Source: Candidatus Daviesbacteria bacterium | GTDB taxonomy: Bacteria > Patescibacteriota > Microgenomatia > Daviesbacterales > UBA10151 | Assembly: GCA_016176465.1 (NCBI GenBank) | Contig: JACOXD010000006.1 | Coordinates: 7,878-71,877, forward strand | Length of the DNA stretch: 64,000 nucleotides | Direction: 5' to 3' | Shown here: one piece after another, positions 51,279 to 61,199 of the stretch | Layout: the number at the start of each line of letters is the position of its first letter | How positions within the stretch are numbered: position 1 is the first letter of the stretch | Notes under the pieces: generated by a model | What the model was told of the DNA's origin: nothing | The model's database searches: none | Seen by the model: only the letters and a program-made list of their open reading frames with translations | Program-made: the position numbers and the translations under genes

Positions 51279-52193
51279 TTAACTTAAAGTTATTTTTAAA
51301 ACCCTGTATTTTTCCAGTAAGTTGATCCCCAATAGTACAAAGTCTCTTAAAATTGGTGGATATTTTTTATAAAAATGCTTCTTATAAAAAATTCTCATAG
51401 CCATAGTACCAGCTTTAGCAGATTTGAGCTTTCTCTCCTTATTTACCTTTACAGCACCTGTATTCCATAAACCAGATGATGAACCTTTATAATGTATGAT
51501 TTGTGCCCGCGGATAATAATAAAACTGCCAACCTTTCTCCTTTAAGTTATAACAAAACTCAATATCCTCCCCATTCCAGAAATAATCGCTACTCCACCAA
51601 TTAATTTCCTCTCCAGATTGTTTTCTTACCATTAAGAAAGTTCCGTTGCCACAATCAACAGGATGAATAGTGTTTACGTCTAAATAAGTAGCGCTATAGC
51701 CTGAGAAAAGTTTAGATTTGGGAAAAAGTTTCGAGAGTCCTGAAAAATAGGCAAAAGCATTCCAGGGTGTGGGAAAACCTCTATGGCAAGAATAATCCAA
51801 GCGTCCATCTGGTAAAACTACTTTACAAGTTAACCCACCTATCTTTTCATCAGTTTTTAAAAAAGCTAAAGACTTGGAAATAGCATTATCCAACACTTTA
51901 GTATCAGGATTTAAGAATAATATAAAATCTGCCTTAGCTTTAGGCACTCCTAAGTTATTTCCCCTAGCAAAACCTAAATTTTCTTTACTTTCTATAATCT
52001 CTACTTGAGGATATTCTTTTTTTAAAGCCTCTACAGAGTTATCAATTGAGGCATTATCAACCACTATCACCTGCCAATTTTTACTATTTTGATCCTGATA
52101 AACACTCTTTAAACAATCTAAAAGCAAATCTTTAACATTGTAATTGAGGATGATTATGGATAAATCGGGTTTAGAATATCTTTCAGCCACCAA
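51279..52193 (-). CDS. GT2 glycosyltransferase
   Basis: VDNAS, FLNPD, GEDIE. Confidence 0.92.
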   Translation of the reverse strand: MVAERYSKPDLSIIILNYNVKDLLLDCLKSVYQDQNSKNWQVIVVDNASIDNSVEALKKEYPQVEIIESKENLGFARGNNLGVPKAKADFILFLNPDTKVLDNAISKSLAFLKTDEKIGGLTCKVVLPDGRLDYSCHRGFPTPWNAFAYFSGLSKLFPKSKLFSGYSATYLDVNTIHPVDCGNGTFLMVRKQSGEEINWWSSDYFWNGEDIEFCYNLKEKGWQFYYYPRAQIIHYKGSSSGLWNTGAVKVNKERKLKSAKAGTMAMRIFYKKHFYKKYPPILRDFVLLGINLLEKYRVLKITLS

Positions 52194-52249
52194 TTAATTA
52201 TACTAGAGCGAGCATTTTAAAGAAAATTAGATATAAACTAGTATTTTCG

Positions 52250-52654
52250 TTAAAGCACCATCCAGCCTCTTAAATCTTTTTTCTTAATCCTTACAGGTGA
52301 GGTAATAAACTTTTCTACTTCATCCATAAAAATTAAGGTAGCATATTTGGCATTTAAATGTTTATCAAAGTATCTCTGATCTTTTTTCTTGGAACCTAAG
52401 GATAAATTTTTCCCATATTTTTGCTTTATTAACTCCCACTCATCTTTACTCAAACCATCTATAAAAATAACTTTGGCAACCTTAAACTGACCCACTACTT
52501 CTCTTCCAGGAGGTTTAATGTAAACAATATCCCCACGCTCAATTACTCCAAAAGGAGCAATCTTTTTCTGAGAAAACCTGCTCTCAATATTTTTTCTACC
52601 GGCAAAGATTTCTTCAATTACATCTTTACTAAAAATTGCTAAATGCTTGCTCAT
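52250..52654 (-). CDS. ASCH/PUA-like domain protein
   Basis: IFAGRKNIESR, GDIVYIK. Confidence 0.8.
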   Translation of the reverse strand: MSKHLAIFSKDVIEEIFAGRKNIESRFSQKKIAPFGVIERGDIVYIKPPGREVVGQFKVAKVIFIDGLSKDEWELIKQKYGKNLSLGSKKKDQRYFDKHLNAKYATLIFMDEVEKFITSPVRIKKKDLRGWMVL

Positions 52655-52724
52655 CAGTTTGGACTATACCTTACAACTTTATCCTTTTCAATATCAAAAG
52701 CTTGCTGTATTATCCAATCATAAT

Positions 52725-53773
52725 ATGGCTGGATTAGAAAGTGTGGAGAGGAAAAATGGCAGGAGAGGGTTTATCGTCCGCACAGGATTGTTTATAGTCG
52801 GAGGGTTAACAGCATTGGCTACCAGGGTTGGATTGAAGACAAAACCACTCATTCCTTTATTACTCTAAGAGAAGGTTATCAACCTTGGTTAAAAGATGTA
52901 ATTTTTGAGAATGAAATAATTTTAGACATAACTAAACATTTTGTTAGCTACTTTAATGAAAGTCGTAGACGAGGAAACAGGTTACTGTTGGGAGATTTCC
53001 TGACTTATACTTTTGAGCATACTTATGAAGTTTTAAATAAGCTTCCCTCTGATCAAAAAGAACCCGATATTAACATTCGACTTGAGGCTGCTCATGCTAC
53101 TCTTATTGCTTTAATGGGTGCTACTAATCCAAAGTGGGAAGCAGTGGAGTGGAGAAAATTGGGAGGAGAAATACCAGAAGATGGTTCGATACTAGATGAT
53201 TTTGAAGGAAAAAACGGGTTAAATAAAGTGGTTTTCCCATCAATTCTAAGTACAGGTGAACAATCAGATCGTGAAGGTCACTTTAGACATTTTATTCATA
53301 GTGCTGGTATTGCTTTTGAGAGAGGTTACGCTAAGTTATTTGGCCTGGCTGAGTATCGAACTATTCCAATTGGTCCTCAACTTTGGGCGCAAATTGTTAA
53401 GCCTTTTTATAAAGATTATGAAACAGAGGCCGTAAAAGTTGCTGATATTTTGGGTAAAGCTCATGAATTAGTTAGTACTTTTAGGAAAAACTCCATACCT
53501 CTAATTCAAACACCATCAGAAGGAATATTTGATCCTAATGTTGGCGGTGACTTAGCAGTAAATATTTTAGGAGCTAGGTTTGGAGCCAGAGTTTTATCTA
53601 TTTTACAAATGACTCCGTTTGCTAGACTTCGTTATCTTCTACTCCTTAGAAAAGAACTTAATGATCCTAAGTTTGAAAAGCTCTCTGATGGAGCTATTTT
53701 AGAAACCGCTACCCCCAAAGCAACTAAAGGTTTTCTCTTAAGGATTTTATCCCCACTGGAGGTTAGGGGTTAA
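52725..53773 (+). pseudogene. hypothetical protein with RRGF signal-like N-terminus, frameshifted near 52825-52860
   Basis: MAGLESVERKNGRRGFIV...TM stops at 52868; the frame of ORF 52988 stays open upstream across this zone. Confidence 0.55.
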
Positions 53774-53793
53774 ATTTGTTAAAATTAACGACA

Positions 53794-53976
53794 ATGGTAA
53801 ATCCACTTGATTTTTTGCGTGAAGTTAGGGTAGAATTACAAAAAGTTGTATGGCCAACTTGGCCACAAACTTTTAGGCTTACAGTTATTGTTGTAATAGT
53901 TACAATTGCTGTAGGCTTTTTTATTGGCGGAATTGATCTAGCCTTAACTAAATTGACTGAACTTTTGCTAGAATAA
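53794..53976 (+). CDS. secE: preprotein translocase subunit SecE
   Basis: FLREVRVELQKVVWPT plus TM; upstream of nusG. Confidence 0.95.
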   Translation: MVNPLDFLREVRVELQKVVWPTWPQTFRLTVIVVIVTIAVGFFIGGIDLALTKLTELLLE

Positions 53977-54003
53977 TGAAGCCAAGAGGCGCGATAGCGA
54001 CTC

Positions 54004-54057
54004 ATTGGCGGAATAGACCTACTTTTGACTAAACTAACAGAGTTAGTTTTACAATAA
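54004..54057 (+). pseudogene. second (displaced) secE 3' end
   Basis: IGGIDLLLTKLTELVLQ* versus IGGIDLALTKLTELLLE* (53923-53976). Confidence 0.9.
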
Positions 54058-54059
54058 AT

Positions 54060-54728
54060 ATGGATGATGACAAAAAATTAAAACCTGAGGCTAATAAAGG
54101 ACCTTTGCAAACTACTGATCATGTAGTGGAAGCTTTGCAAGAAGAGGAAGATACCAAACAAACAGTCGATGCTATGTCAGAATCATTCAAATCTGACAAT
54201 CCACTAGCTAAATGGTATGTGGTCCATACTTATTCCGGACACGAAAACAGAGTTGCTAATGCTTTGAAACAGCGTGTTGAATCAGAGCACTTGGAACATA
54301 AAATTGTAGGTGTTTTAGTCCCTACCCAAGATAAAATAGAGATTAAAGGTGGTAAAAAGACCCAAGTTAAAGAAAAAATCTTCCCAGGTTATATTTTAGT
54401 AAAAATGGTTTTGGATGATAATACTTGGCTGGCTGTTAGAACTACTCAAGGAGTAACCTCATTTGTAGGAATTGGTAATAAACCTACTCCTATTCCTGAG
54501 CATGAGGTAAAAACAATTGTTAAATTTATGGAACAAGGAGCTCCTTCTACCTTTAAAGATGTTTACTTAGTAAATGACACTATTAAAATTGTTGATGGTC
54601 CATTTTCTGATTTTATAGGTAAAGTAGATGCTGTAGATAAAGAAAAAGGTAAAATTAGAGTTTTGGTTTCCATCTTTGGTAGAGAAACACCAGTTGAACT
54701 GGACTTTTTGCAGGTGCAAAAATTATAG
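54060..54728 (+). CDS. nusG: transcription factor NusG
   Basis: WYVVHTYSG, FPGYIL, KOW DGPF, SIFGRETPVE. Confidence 0.98.
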   Translation: MDDDKKLKPEANKGPLQTTDHVVEALQEEEDTKQTVDAMSESFKSDNPLAKWYVVHTYSGHENRVANALKQRVESEHLEHKIVGVLVPTQDKIEIKGGKKTQVKEKIFPGYILVKMVLDDNTWLAVRTTQGVTSFVGIGNKPTPIPEHEVKTIVKFMEQGAPSTFKDVYLVNDTIKIVDGPFSDFIGKVDAVDKEKGKIRVLVSIFGRETPVELDFLQVQKL

Positions 54729-54835
54729 AAAATTTTTAATTATCAATTCTTAATTTTCATTGAATTTTCAATGTTTCAAAATTGAGTCATTGTAATATTG
54801 ATTAAAAATTGTAAAATTAGAAACTGAAAATTTAA
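54729..54835. repeat. degenerate heptamer repeats in inverted arrangement
   Basis: AATTTTT/AATTATC/AATTCTT/AATTTTC, then AAAATTG/AAATTAG/AAACTGA. Confidence 0.6.
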
Positions 54836-54839
54836 ACAT

Positions 54840-55265
54840 ATGCCAGCAAAAAAAATTAAAACTTACATTAAACTAAATATTCCAGCAGGCATAGCTACTG
54901 CTGCTCCTCCTGTGGGACCAGCCTTGGGTCAACATGGATTGCCTATTATGGACTTTGTCAAAGCTTTTAATGAGAGAACCAAAGAAAAAACTGGCAATAT
55001 TTTACCTGTTGTAATAACAGTTTTTACAGATAGAACTTTTAAGTTTATTACTAAAGAACCACCTGTAGCTGAGATGATTAAAAAAGCACTTAATTTGGAA
55101 AAAGGTTCAGGTAAATCTGGTCATGAATCTGCAGGTACCTTATCTAAAGCTCAAGTAGAAGAGATAGCTAAGAAAAAAATGCCTGATTTAAATGCTAATT
55201 CTGTTCAAGGTGCGATGAAAATTGTAGAAGGTACAGCCAGATCAATGGGAGTTAAAATAGGATAA
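54840..55265 (+). CDS. rplK: 50S ribosomal protein L11
   Basis: [19 protein letters not shown]. Confidence 0.98.
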   Translation: MPAKKIKTYIKLNIPAGIATAAPPVGPALGQHGLPIMDFVKAFNERTKEKTGNILPVVITVFTDRTFKFITKEPPVAEMIKKALNLEKGSGKSGHESAGTLSKAQVEEIAKKKMPDLNANSVQGAMKIVEGTARSMGVKIG

Positions 55266-55266
55266 A

Positions 55267-56187
55267 ATGGGAAGGCCAAAAATAAAAATTATAGATGACA
55301 GCAAGCCGGCAGAAGAATCCGCCTCCGCTAAAGCTACTGCGGACAAAGGAAGTAAAAAGGTAGCTCCTAAAGATAAATTAGCTACTTCCTTACTTGAGGA
55401 ATTAAACCAAGAGTTTGGCGAAGTCCAAGTAAAACCCTCCTTTGCTAAAGCTACGGAGGGCAAGGAAGAGAAAAAGCCTTCGACTCAAACCGCTCAGGCC
55501 AAGGAAACTCCTAAACAAGGTAAAGCTAAACCCAGAAGCAAAAAATACCAAGAAGCGTTAAAGCAAGTTGATCCAAACAATAAATATGATTTAAACGAAG
55601 CTGTCACACTAGCTCAAAAGGTATCATACAGTAAATTTCCAGCTACACTAGAGTTACATATTAATACTAATGTTAAAAACTTAAGAGGTTTTCTAACTTT
55701 GCCCTTTGCATCAGGTAAAAAACTAAGAATTTTAGCTTTTGGTCCTCATTCGCTAAAAGCTTCGGAAGGACAAGCCCTTCTATCTGATGGCGTAACCTTG
55801 GGTGATGATCAAATTCTAGAGGAGATTATAAAAGGAAAAGTCCAAGATGTGGATGTAGTGGTTACCACTCCTGAATGGATGCTTAAACTGGCAAAAGCTG
55901 CTAAAGTTTTAGGGCCTAAGGGTTTAATGCCTAATCCTAAAAATGGGACAGTCACGGATAACTTAGCTAAAACTGTAGCAGAGCTTCAGGGGGGCAAAAC
56001 AGAGTATAAAACAGAAGCAAATGGTTCTGTTATCCATTTAGCTGTTGGTAAAGTTTCACAACCTATTGAGGAGATTACAGCCAATATTAAATCTCTTTAT
56101 CAAATTATTGGTAAAACCAAAATTAAAAAAATTACCCTTGCTCCTACCATGGGACCAGGAGTAAAATTGGACCTATCCTCTCTTTAG
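55267..56187 (+). CDS. rplA: 50S ribosomal protein L1 with repeat-containing N-terminal extension
   Basis: LGPKGLMPNPKNGT, TMGPG. Confidence 0.95.
   Translation: MGRPKIKIIDDSKPAEESASAKATADKGSKKVAPKDKLATSLLEELNQEFGEVQVKPSFAKATEGKEEKKPSTQTAQAKETPKQGKAKPRSKKYQEALKQVDPNNKYDLNEAVTLAQKVSYSKFPATLELHINTNVKNLRGFLTLPFASGKKLRILAFGPHSLKASEGQALLSDGVTLGDDQILEEIIKGKVQDVDVVVTTPEWMLKLAKAAKVLGPKGLMPNPKNGTVTDNLAKTVAELQGGKTEYKTEANGSVIHLAVGKVSQPIEEITANIKSLYQIIGKTKIKKITLAPTMGPGVKLDLSSL
55318..55774. repeat. three GCTAAAGCT-core hairpins and one CCTTCGAC..GCTCAGG hairpin in frame in rplA
   Basis: 55318-55346, 55435-55464, 55476-55499, 55742-55774. Confidence 0.85.
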
Positions 56188-57171
56188 CATTTTCTTCCAA
56201 ACTAAACCTAGATCAAATTTTAGAAAATATATTGCGCCAATACCTAATATTAATAGGGCAAGGGTAGTTAGAATATGACCCAAAACTGTACTTGCTGCAA
56301 CTATGTTTGAATTTAATCCTAAAATACCAGAAAAAATTGCTAGTGCGGAAGCTTCTGCAGAGCCTATATAGCCTGGGGCTGATGGAATTAAAAAAGTTAG
56401 TGCTGAGAGTAAATTTCCAAGGTAAGCTTGTATAAGAGTAATATTTAACCCAAAAGCTAAAAATAAAAAAAGCCAAATTAAACCGTCAAGTAAAAAAGCA
56501 AAAGCAGTTAATCCTAGTAGTGATAAAATTTGCCAAGGATTTTTTCTTAATACTGCAAACCCATCAAGAATATTAAAGCTAAAACTTAAGAATTTATTTT
56601 TGAGGATTTTTAAAAAAAATAAGCTGCTTAAGAGCCTTAATAACTTTTTAAAAAAATTAACCTGGGTGATTACCAAAATACTTACCAGAGTAAATATTCC
56701 AAGTATTATAACCAATATTTGGGTAAAATTAGAAGGAAGCTTACTTGATGTAAAGTTTATTAAAATTCCTATGGCAGCCAATGCAAACCAAAAATCAAAA
56801 AATCTATCAATTAATATCCAAATTATAGTTTTTCCTAAAGGAAGAGAATATTGCGTGTTTAAATAAACACTTTTACTAATCTCCCCTGCTCTTATGGGAA
56901 TAAAAAAAGAAAGAAGTTGGCTTAAAAAATTTAAAAAAATTAAATTTTTCCAGGGAATTTTAAATTCATCCAGAATTACTTTTAGCCTAAGAGCCCTGAC
57001 TACAGATGAGGAGGCATATAAAATAAAAAAGACTAAAGTATATTTTAAATCTACCTTTTTTAGAGTATCCAAAAGTTTACTTCCATCGATAAACTGTAGC
57101 CAAATAAAAATTAGTACTACTCCAATTAAGGTATTGATTAGGATTTGTAAAAGAGTTTTTGTAGAAAACAT
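56173..57171 (-). CDS. YbhN/lysylphosphatidylglycerol-synthase TM (flippase-like) protein
   Basis: PIRAGE, DRFFD, PSAPGYIGSAE. Confidence 0.88.
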   Translation of the reverse strand: MFSTKTLLQILINTLIGVVLIFIWLQFIDGSKLLDTLKKVDLKYTLVFFILYASSSVVRALRLKVILDEFKIPWKNLIFLNFLSQLLSFFIPIRAGEISKSVYLNTQYSLPLGKTIIWILIDRFFDFWFALAAIGILINFTSSKLPSNFTQILVIILGIFTLVSILVITQVNFFKKLLRLLSSLFFLKILKNKFLSFSFNILDGFAVLRKNPWQILSLLGLTAFAFLLDGLIWLFLFLAFGLNITLIQAYLGNLLSALTFLIPSAPGYIGSAEASALAIFSGILGLNSNIVAASTVLGHILTTLALLILGIGAIYFLKFDLGLVWKKMLKRG

Positions 57172-57185
57172 AGAGAAAAATTAGT

Positions 57186-57249
57186 GTCATTCTGAGCGAA
57201 GCGAAGAATCTAATTAGATCCTTCAATCGTTTCACTCCTTCAGGATGAC
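57186..57249. repeat. minimal GTCAT...ATGAC element
   Basis: GTCATTCTGAGCGAAGCGAAGAATCT-AATT-AGATCCTTC...TCAGGATGAC. Confidence 0.9.
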
Positions 57250-57293
57250 AATATAGATTTTTAATTTAGATGTATTCATAGTATATTAAAGTT

Positions 57294-58172
57294 ATGCTGC
57301 ATGTAAATCTATCCTGGGAATTTCTACAAAATGGGTTTTTTCAAAATAGAAAGGCTTTAATAGGGATTTTTGTTGGACTTATCATCGCCATACCTACCCT
57401 AACCTTTCTTCTTAAAACAAGAGTAGGTTTTCAGTCTCAAGCTTCAACAGATCAACCATATAATCAAACAGTAACTGATAAAACTAAAGATAAAAAAGGT
57501 TTATCGCTTGAGGATTTAACCAAAGACACTAAAGGGGCAACAGATTCAGCTGAAATTACCCCTAAAGTAGGCTTTGGACCAACTCTAAATTTTAAAATTC
57601 AGCTTCAAGGCAGGCCAAAATCTGATCAATCCACCTCCCTTTTTATTGGTTTGGCAGAGGGGGATATCAAGGTAAACCCACCTTATCTTTTAACCTTTAC
57701 CATAGATATAGATAAAACAGGGATTTTTGAAGGGTTATCCTTAGCAGGATTAACAGTTGGAAGTAAATATAGTGCTTACTTAAAAGGAACTGCACAAATT
57801 GCATCCTCATCCACATTTACCATGGGAGGTGCCACTAATATATTAAATTCTAATAATCCCATTTTATTAACCACTGGGGATTTAAATGAAGATAATACCA
57901 TAGATAGTTTGGATTACAACATTGCCAAAGCAGCTATGGGCAAAACCTCTAAATCCCCAAACTGGAACGGAGTTATAGACTTTAACCTGGATAGAGTTAT
58001 TAATAATCTAGATCTATCTATCATTGTTAAAAATATGAGTAAAACAGGCGCGGGTGATTTATATATTTCTAAAGTTTCCAGCCAATCTGGTATCTTAACT
58101 CCAAGTACAGGTTCAACTCCTAATGAGCTACCTACTCCTAGGGGTGGCTATTGGCTCTGGGTTCCAGAGTAA
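57294..58172 (+). CDS. membrane-anchored protein with dockerin-like EF-hand pair
   Basis: GDLNEDNTIDSLDY, DFNLDRVINNLDL. Confidence 0.8.
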   Translation: MLHVNLSWEFLQNGFFQNRKALIGIFVGLIIAIPTLTFLLKTRVGFQSQASTDQPYNQTVTDKTKDKKGLSLEDLTKDTKGATDSAEITPKVGFGPTLNFKIQLQGRPKSDQSTSLFIGLAEGDIKVNPPYLLTFTIDIDKTGIFEGLSLAGLTVGSKYSAYLKGTAQIASSSTFTMGGATNILNSNNPILLTTGDLNEDNTIDSLDYNIAKAAMGKTSKSPNWNGVIDFNLDRVINNLDLSIIVKNMSKTGAGDLYISKVSSQSGILTPSTGSTPNELPTPRGGYWLWVPE

Positions 58173-58242
58173 AATTAGCTTTTCCCCATAAAACCTATGA
58201 GCTTGATTTTAAACTATATTAGTAGTATCATTAGCCTCAAAT

Positions 58243-58920
58243 ATGAGTAATATCACCAGACCAGAAGGAGCCAAACACGCTTTCTTAGCATGCCTAGAAC
58301 AATATAATATTGGCGATGAAGAGGTCGTGAGCGCATACTTGGATAAAGCTCGAGACGCTTTAAACACTGAGCTTGATGGACCGGGAGTAAACAGTTTTGC
58401 AGCTTACCAAGCCAGGAGATCCCCTAGTTATTTAATAGACACAGTTTCTTTTGTATCAAGGCTGCCTGATGAATTTCAAGATTTATTTAAGTCATTGTGG
58501 GGAGAAGATCAAGGTAAATCCATGCCTGAGTGGGTCAGATTTAACATAGAAAGAACGGGAACCCCTAATATTCGAGTTATTACCATAAATGGGCAGCCAA
58601 CTCCTGAGCCTCCCCCACAAATCCACAAAGTTAGATTTGAGTTTCTTTCAAACAACGCCATTAATTACCTAAACAAGACCGGAGTAGTATTGCCATCTCA
58701 GGAAATTCTAGCTTCTTTGGAATTAACTATGGAAGGCAATAGAGCTAAGTATCTGTGCCAATACCCAAAACCAAATCCAGTTATGGAAATTTCCCTATCT
58801 GAGCTGCAAAAACCCGATAGAGGAGCTACTATTGCTTTAATGCTGGCTAGAAGTGTGGGTGAGGAGATTGCTTTAATTAAATCCAGGCAGGGCCTTCCTG
58901 AGGGACGCAAAACAGCCTAG
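58243..58920 (+). CDS. hypothetical protein
   Basis: 225-aa ORF. Confidence 0.65.
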   Translation: MSNITRPEGAKHAFLACLEQYNIGDEEVVSAYLDKARDALNTELDGPGVNSFAAYQARRSPSYLIDTVSFVSRLPDEFQDLFKSLWGEDQGKSMPEWVRFNIERTGTPNIRVITINGQPTPEPPPQIHKVRFEFLSNNAINYLNKTGVVLPSQEILASLELTMEGNRAKYLCQYPKPNPVMEISLSELQKPDRGATIALMLARSVGEEIALIKSRQGLPEGRKTA

Positions 58921-60311
58921 AGTTCTATCCAGGATAAATAATTTTTTCCAAGTTCAGGACCTGTGGTGGCAAAAATTACAGGGGCAATATTTTTTCCTAA
59001 GTAATCTAGATACACTTTAGCTTCCTTTGGCAAATCTTTAGGAGATTTTATTTTTTTAATCTCTTCCCCATCCCAACCTTTAAACTCAACTCCCCTAGCT
59101 TCTAACTTATCTAAATGATCTTGATAAGGTAAGTAAAAACTTTTTTCTCCTGTTTTCCTATTTCTATACTCAGTTATAACTTTTATTTTTTCTCCTTTGC
59201 TGGCATCTAAATGGGTTGCAATTAAATATTGATAACCCGCTGCTTTTTTAAGATATTGCGCGATAGGCACAGATACAGGGTATATATCGCGCAATCTGCC
59301 AGTTGAACGACCTTTCTCATCAAACTTTTCTTGGATCCATTTTTCAAGCTTTGGATCAGCAATGGTTGGCAAGATTCTTTGCCCTACAGAAGACATATAA
59401 GTTGTTTTCATTACTGCAGCTCTAATAGCAATATCAGCAGGCTCAACTATAGAGTAAGTTGAATCTCCAATAAAGCGAGACATTGGCCTGGATGAGGTTA
59501 CATCAGGATAGACTCCATGGTATGGATCTAAACCTGCCCCTTGAGCTCCTTCAAAAGTAAAAGCTACTTTAGTATTTTCCCAAGCATTTTTTAAAACTTC
59601 ATAAAAATTCCAACCAATATACTCTCTTAAAGCTACGATACCTACTTTTAAACTATTAATAAAGTCCTTTTCTGAACCTACTCTTAACTTTCCATCAATA
59701 CCTAATCTTTTTACCTCTATATCTGCTAAATTAAACTTTTTTCCAAAACCCAAGGTCATGTTTCTATAAAACTTATAATGATCCCTTAAGAGCCCTTGCC
59801 AATCATTTAGATATAGATCCCCAAAAGTTACTGGGAAACGTAAATAAAAACTGGCATAAGCTGTAGCTAACCCTCTTCCTGTTGAACCCTTTCCTCCTGA
59901 AGTTGCACTGTTATACACAGTTTCTAAGGCTCGATGAGTATCTAGACAAAGAGGAGTTTTAGGATCTATTAATAATTTTCCCGGCAATTTACCTTTAAAG
60001 ATTTTTTTTACTTGACTTAATTCTGTAACTAAGTCTTGAGGGTGAATTACCATTCCTCTTCCCATTAGAGCTGTTGCTCTTTCTTGGATAACTGTCATGG
60101 GAAGTTGATGAGTTACTATCTGTTTACCATTAACATAAACCTCATGCCCTGCATTTGCTCCTCCATTATATCTTAAGGAATATAAAGATCTCTTTGTAGA
60201 TAGCAACCTATTAAATTCTGCAACTACTCTACCCTTACCTGAATCCCCAAAAAATACATCCTCAACTGATACTGAGTTAACTCTGACTCCAGGCTTTAGT
60301 ATAAATTTCAT
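58917..60311 (-). CDS. purA: adenylosuccinate synthetase (divergent)
   Basis: GDSGKG, RYNGGANAGH, GSTGRG, EGAQG, YPDVTSS, TGRLR. Confidence 0.92.
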   Translation of the reverse strand: MKFILKPGVRVNSVSVEDVFFGDSGKGRVVAEFNRLLSTKRSLYSLRYNGGANAGHEVYVNGKQIVTHQLPMTVIQERATALMGRGMVIHPQDLVTELSQVKKIFKGKLPGKLLIDPKTPLCLDTHRALETVYNSATSGGKGSTGRGLATAYASFYLRFPVTFGDLYLNDWQGLLRDHYKFYRNMTLGFGKKFNLADIEVKRLGIDGKLRVGSEKDFINSLKVGIVALREYIGWNFYEVLKNAWENTKVAFTFEGAQGAGLDPYHGVYPDVTSSRPMSRFIGDSTYSIVEPADIAIRAAVMKTTYMSSVGQRILPTIADPKLEKWIQEKFDEKGRSTGRLRDIYPVSVPIAQYLKKAAGYQYLIATHLDASKGEKIKVITEYRNRKTGEKSFYLPYQDHLDKLEARGVEFKGWDGEEIKKIKSPKDLPKEAKVYLDYLGKNIAPVIFATTGPELGKNYLSWIEL

Positions 60312-60344
60312 GAATCAAGGTTAGTCTAGCTAATAAATAAGTAT

Positions 60345-60373
60345 TTGACAATAGAGTTAATCAAAGTTAAAAT
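60345..60373 (+). promoter_or_regulatory. rplJL promoter
   Basis: TTGACA-17-TAAAAT. Confidence 0.8.
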
Positions 60374-60381
60374 ATTCAAAG

Positions 60382-60518
60382 CTTAAGATAGTGAGTTCTT
60401 AGATCCTTCGCTAAAACGCTCAGGATGACACGAGGATAAATCTCACCGAGGCGGATTTAAGCTAGCGTTTAGTTAATAGCGTCTAGCGTTAAGTTACGCG
60501 CCTTGAGCGCGTTTTTTT
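60382..60518 (+). promoter_or_regulatory. L10-leader-like RNA with a repeat arm inserted at 60401-60429
   Basis: TAAGATAGTGAG...CTCACCGAGGCG...CGCCTTG then T-run, upstream of rplJ. Confidence 0.65.
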
Positions 60519-60592
60519 ATGGAAATCATGAAGAAAGGAAAGATAGAGGTTTAGAAACTTTACCCTTTACGCTAAACCCTATACCCTAGCAG

Positions 60593-61138
60593 ATGCCTAA
60601 AACAAGACAACAAAAGAAAGATTTAGTAACTAAATTAGCTGAGAAGTTAGCTAGAGCTTCCAGCGTAGTTTTTGCAGACTATCGAGGCCTTACTATGGCA
60701 AAGCTACAAGAGCTTAGGAAAGCTTTAAGGGAGCAAGAAGCAGAGTTTAGCATAACCAAAAACAACTTGCTCAAACTGGCAATAAAAGACTCATCACTCA
60801 TTACTAATTACCCATCACTGTTTGAGGGTCCAACTGCAACTCTCTTTGCTTATGGTGACCAAATCTTACCATTAAAAACTATGACAAAATTAATTAAAGA
60901 TACTAAAATTGGGGAAATAAAATTAGGTTTAATGGATGGGGAGATTTTAGATAAATATGCAATTGAAAAACTTGCTTCCCTTCCTTCAAAAGATGAACTT
61001 AGAGCTAAAATTGTGGGAAGCTTGGGCGCTCCACTTTATGGAATTGTTGGGGTTTTGCAAGCTAATTTAAGGAATTTAGTTTACGCACTAGATGGAATTA
61101 GAAAACAAAAAGGAGGTGACATACAAATGTCATCTTGA
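60593..61138 (+). CDS. rplJ: 50S ribosomal protein L10
   Basis: DYRGLT, KNNL, GPTA, LASLPSK. Confidence 0.97.
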   Translation: MPKTRQQKKDLVTKLAEKLARASSVVFADYRGLTMAKLQELRKALREQEAEFSITKNNLLKLAIKDSSLITNYPSLFEGPTATLFAYGDQILPLKTMTKLIKDTKIGEIKLGLMDGEILDKYAIEKLASLPSKDELRAKIVGSLGAPLYGIVGVLQANLRNLVYALDGIRKQKGGDIQMSS

Positions 61139-61199
61139 GCGTAAGCGAAAGATCTCAAGATTTAAGTCTTTAGATTCTTCGTCTTCGCCTCAGAATGAC
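61129..61199. repeat. GTCAT...ATGAC element at the rplJ-rplL junction
   Basis: GTCATCTTGAGCGTAAGCGAAAGATCT...AGATTCTTC...CTCAGAATGAC. Confidence 0.9.
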
